Shown one piece after another: positions 63,711 to 64,000 of a stretch of DNA of 64,000 nt; positions within the stretch are counted from its first letter, which is position 1, and the number at the start of each line of letters is the position of its first letter. The position numbers and the translations under genes were made by a program. Location of the stretch: the sequence record NC_025447.1; one strand, given 5' to 3'. The notes under the pieces are model-generated. The model saw only the letters and a program-made list of their open reading frames with translations. It searched no databases and was not told where the DNA came from.

Positions 63711-64000
63711 ATTCCACCAGCATTGTTCTATACATGTCTGTGATGATTGTGGTATACAAATGAGTGATATTTATACAGTTTCCTGTAAAGGTTTCAAATT
63801 CACTCATGGTGAACCTGCTTACTGTTATGGTACAGAAGAAGGTGATATCGAGATAGTACTGAAAGAATTGTTCCAGTACTTGCAAAGTGTCGGTCATGAT
63901 GTTACAATACCCACATATTATGAAGATGATTATGATGCACATGTAGAAGAAAATACATATTATAATCAATTCGTTTATGGTAATGGTTTTATCACATACC
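63691..64000 (+). CDS. hypothetical protein, runs off the window end
   Basis: open frame MKIKKIKFHQHCSIHVCDDCG... Confidence 0.55.
   Translation, partial: MKIKKIKFHQHCSIHVCDDCGIQMSDIYTVSCKGFKFTHGEPAYCYGTEEGDIEIVLKELFQYLQSVGHDVTIPTYYEDDYDAHVEENTYYNQFVYGNGFITY

Noticed and set aside
580-63969. Numerous 60-125 aa minus-strand and nested + strand ORFs in the track (e.g. 7978-8301, 18549-18902, 26224-26601, 28777-29079, 36824-37132)
   Set aside because: they lie fully within strongly supported + strand genes and lack RBSs; shadow ORFs
1-64000. CRISPR array, tRNA cluster, IS/transposase, integrase
   Set aside because: no regularly spaced direct repeats, cloverleafs or DDE/tyrosine recombinase motifs seen

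Overview
AT-rich (roughly 31-32% GC by eye), gene-dense segment of a large lytic dsDNA phage genome. Gene content and paralog arrays fit a T4-related jumbo myophage of enterobacteria (RaK2/GAP32-like group; inference, not searched). Almost all genes are on the + strand. Recognisable genes: DNA adenine methyltransferase, HIGH-motif nucleotidyltransferase, RNA ligase 1, polynucleotide kinase/phosphatase, two metallophosphoesterases, PTH2-like protein, ATP-dependent DNA ligase, ClpP, dCMP deaminase, HslV/Ntn-like peptidase, Sir2, Nudix, cyclic-phosphate receiver domain, PIN-PhoH, anaerobic RNR (nrdD/nrdG), paralogous tail-associated proteins, RlaP-like nucleotidyltransferase, a large GH8-like protein, an ACP-like protein, spanins, HNH endonuclease and a ferritin/Dps-like protein, plus many small paralogous hypotheticals. 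No tRNA, rRNA, CRISPR array or IS element was seen. Main unexplained signals: (1) two homologous ~0.5 kb non-coding elements 54 kb apart (~6.83-7.31 kb and ~61.50-62.04 kb) with compensatory base pairing, UNCG/GNRA loops, a putative pseudoknot and their own promoters, i.e. a candidate large structured RNA family; (2) about 10-fold over-representation of the palindrome AGTACT in all reading frames; (3) an FNR-box-like site at exactly -41.5 of the nrdD promoter; (4) an ACP-like protein lacking the phosphopantetheine serine; (5) a Sir2 / NUDT16-like Nudix / cyclic-phosphate receiver operon. All family calls come from motif recognition and remembered reference sequences, not from database searches.
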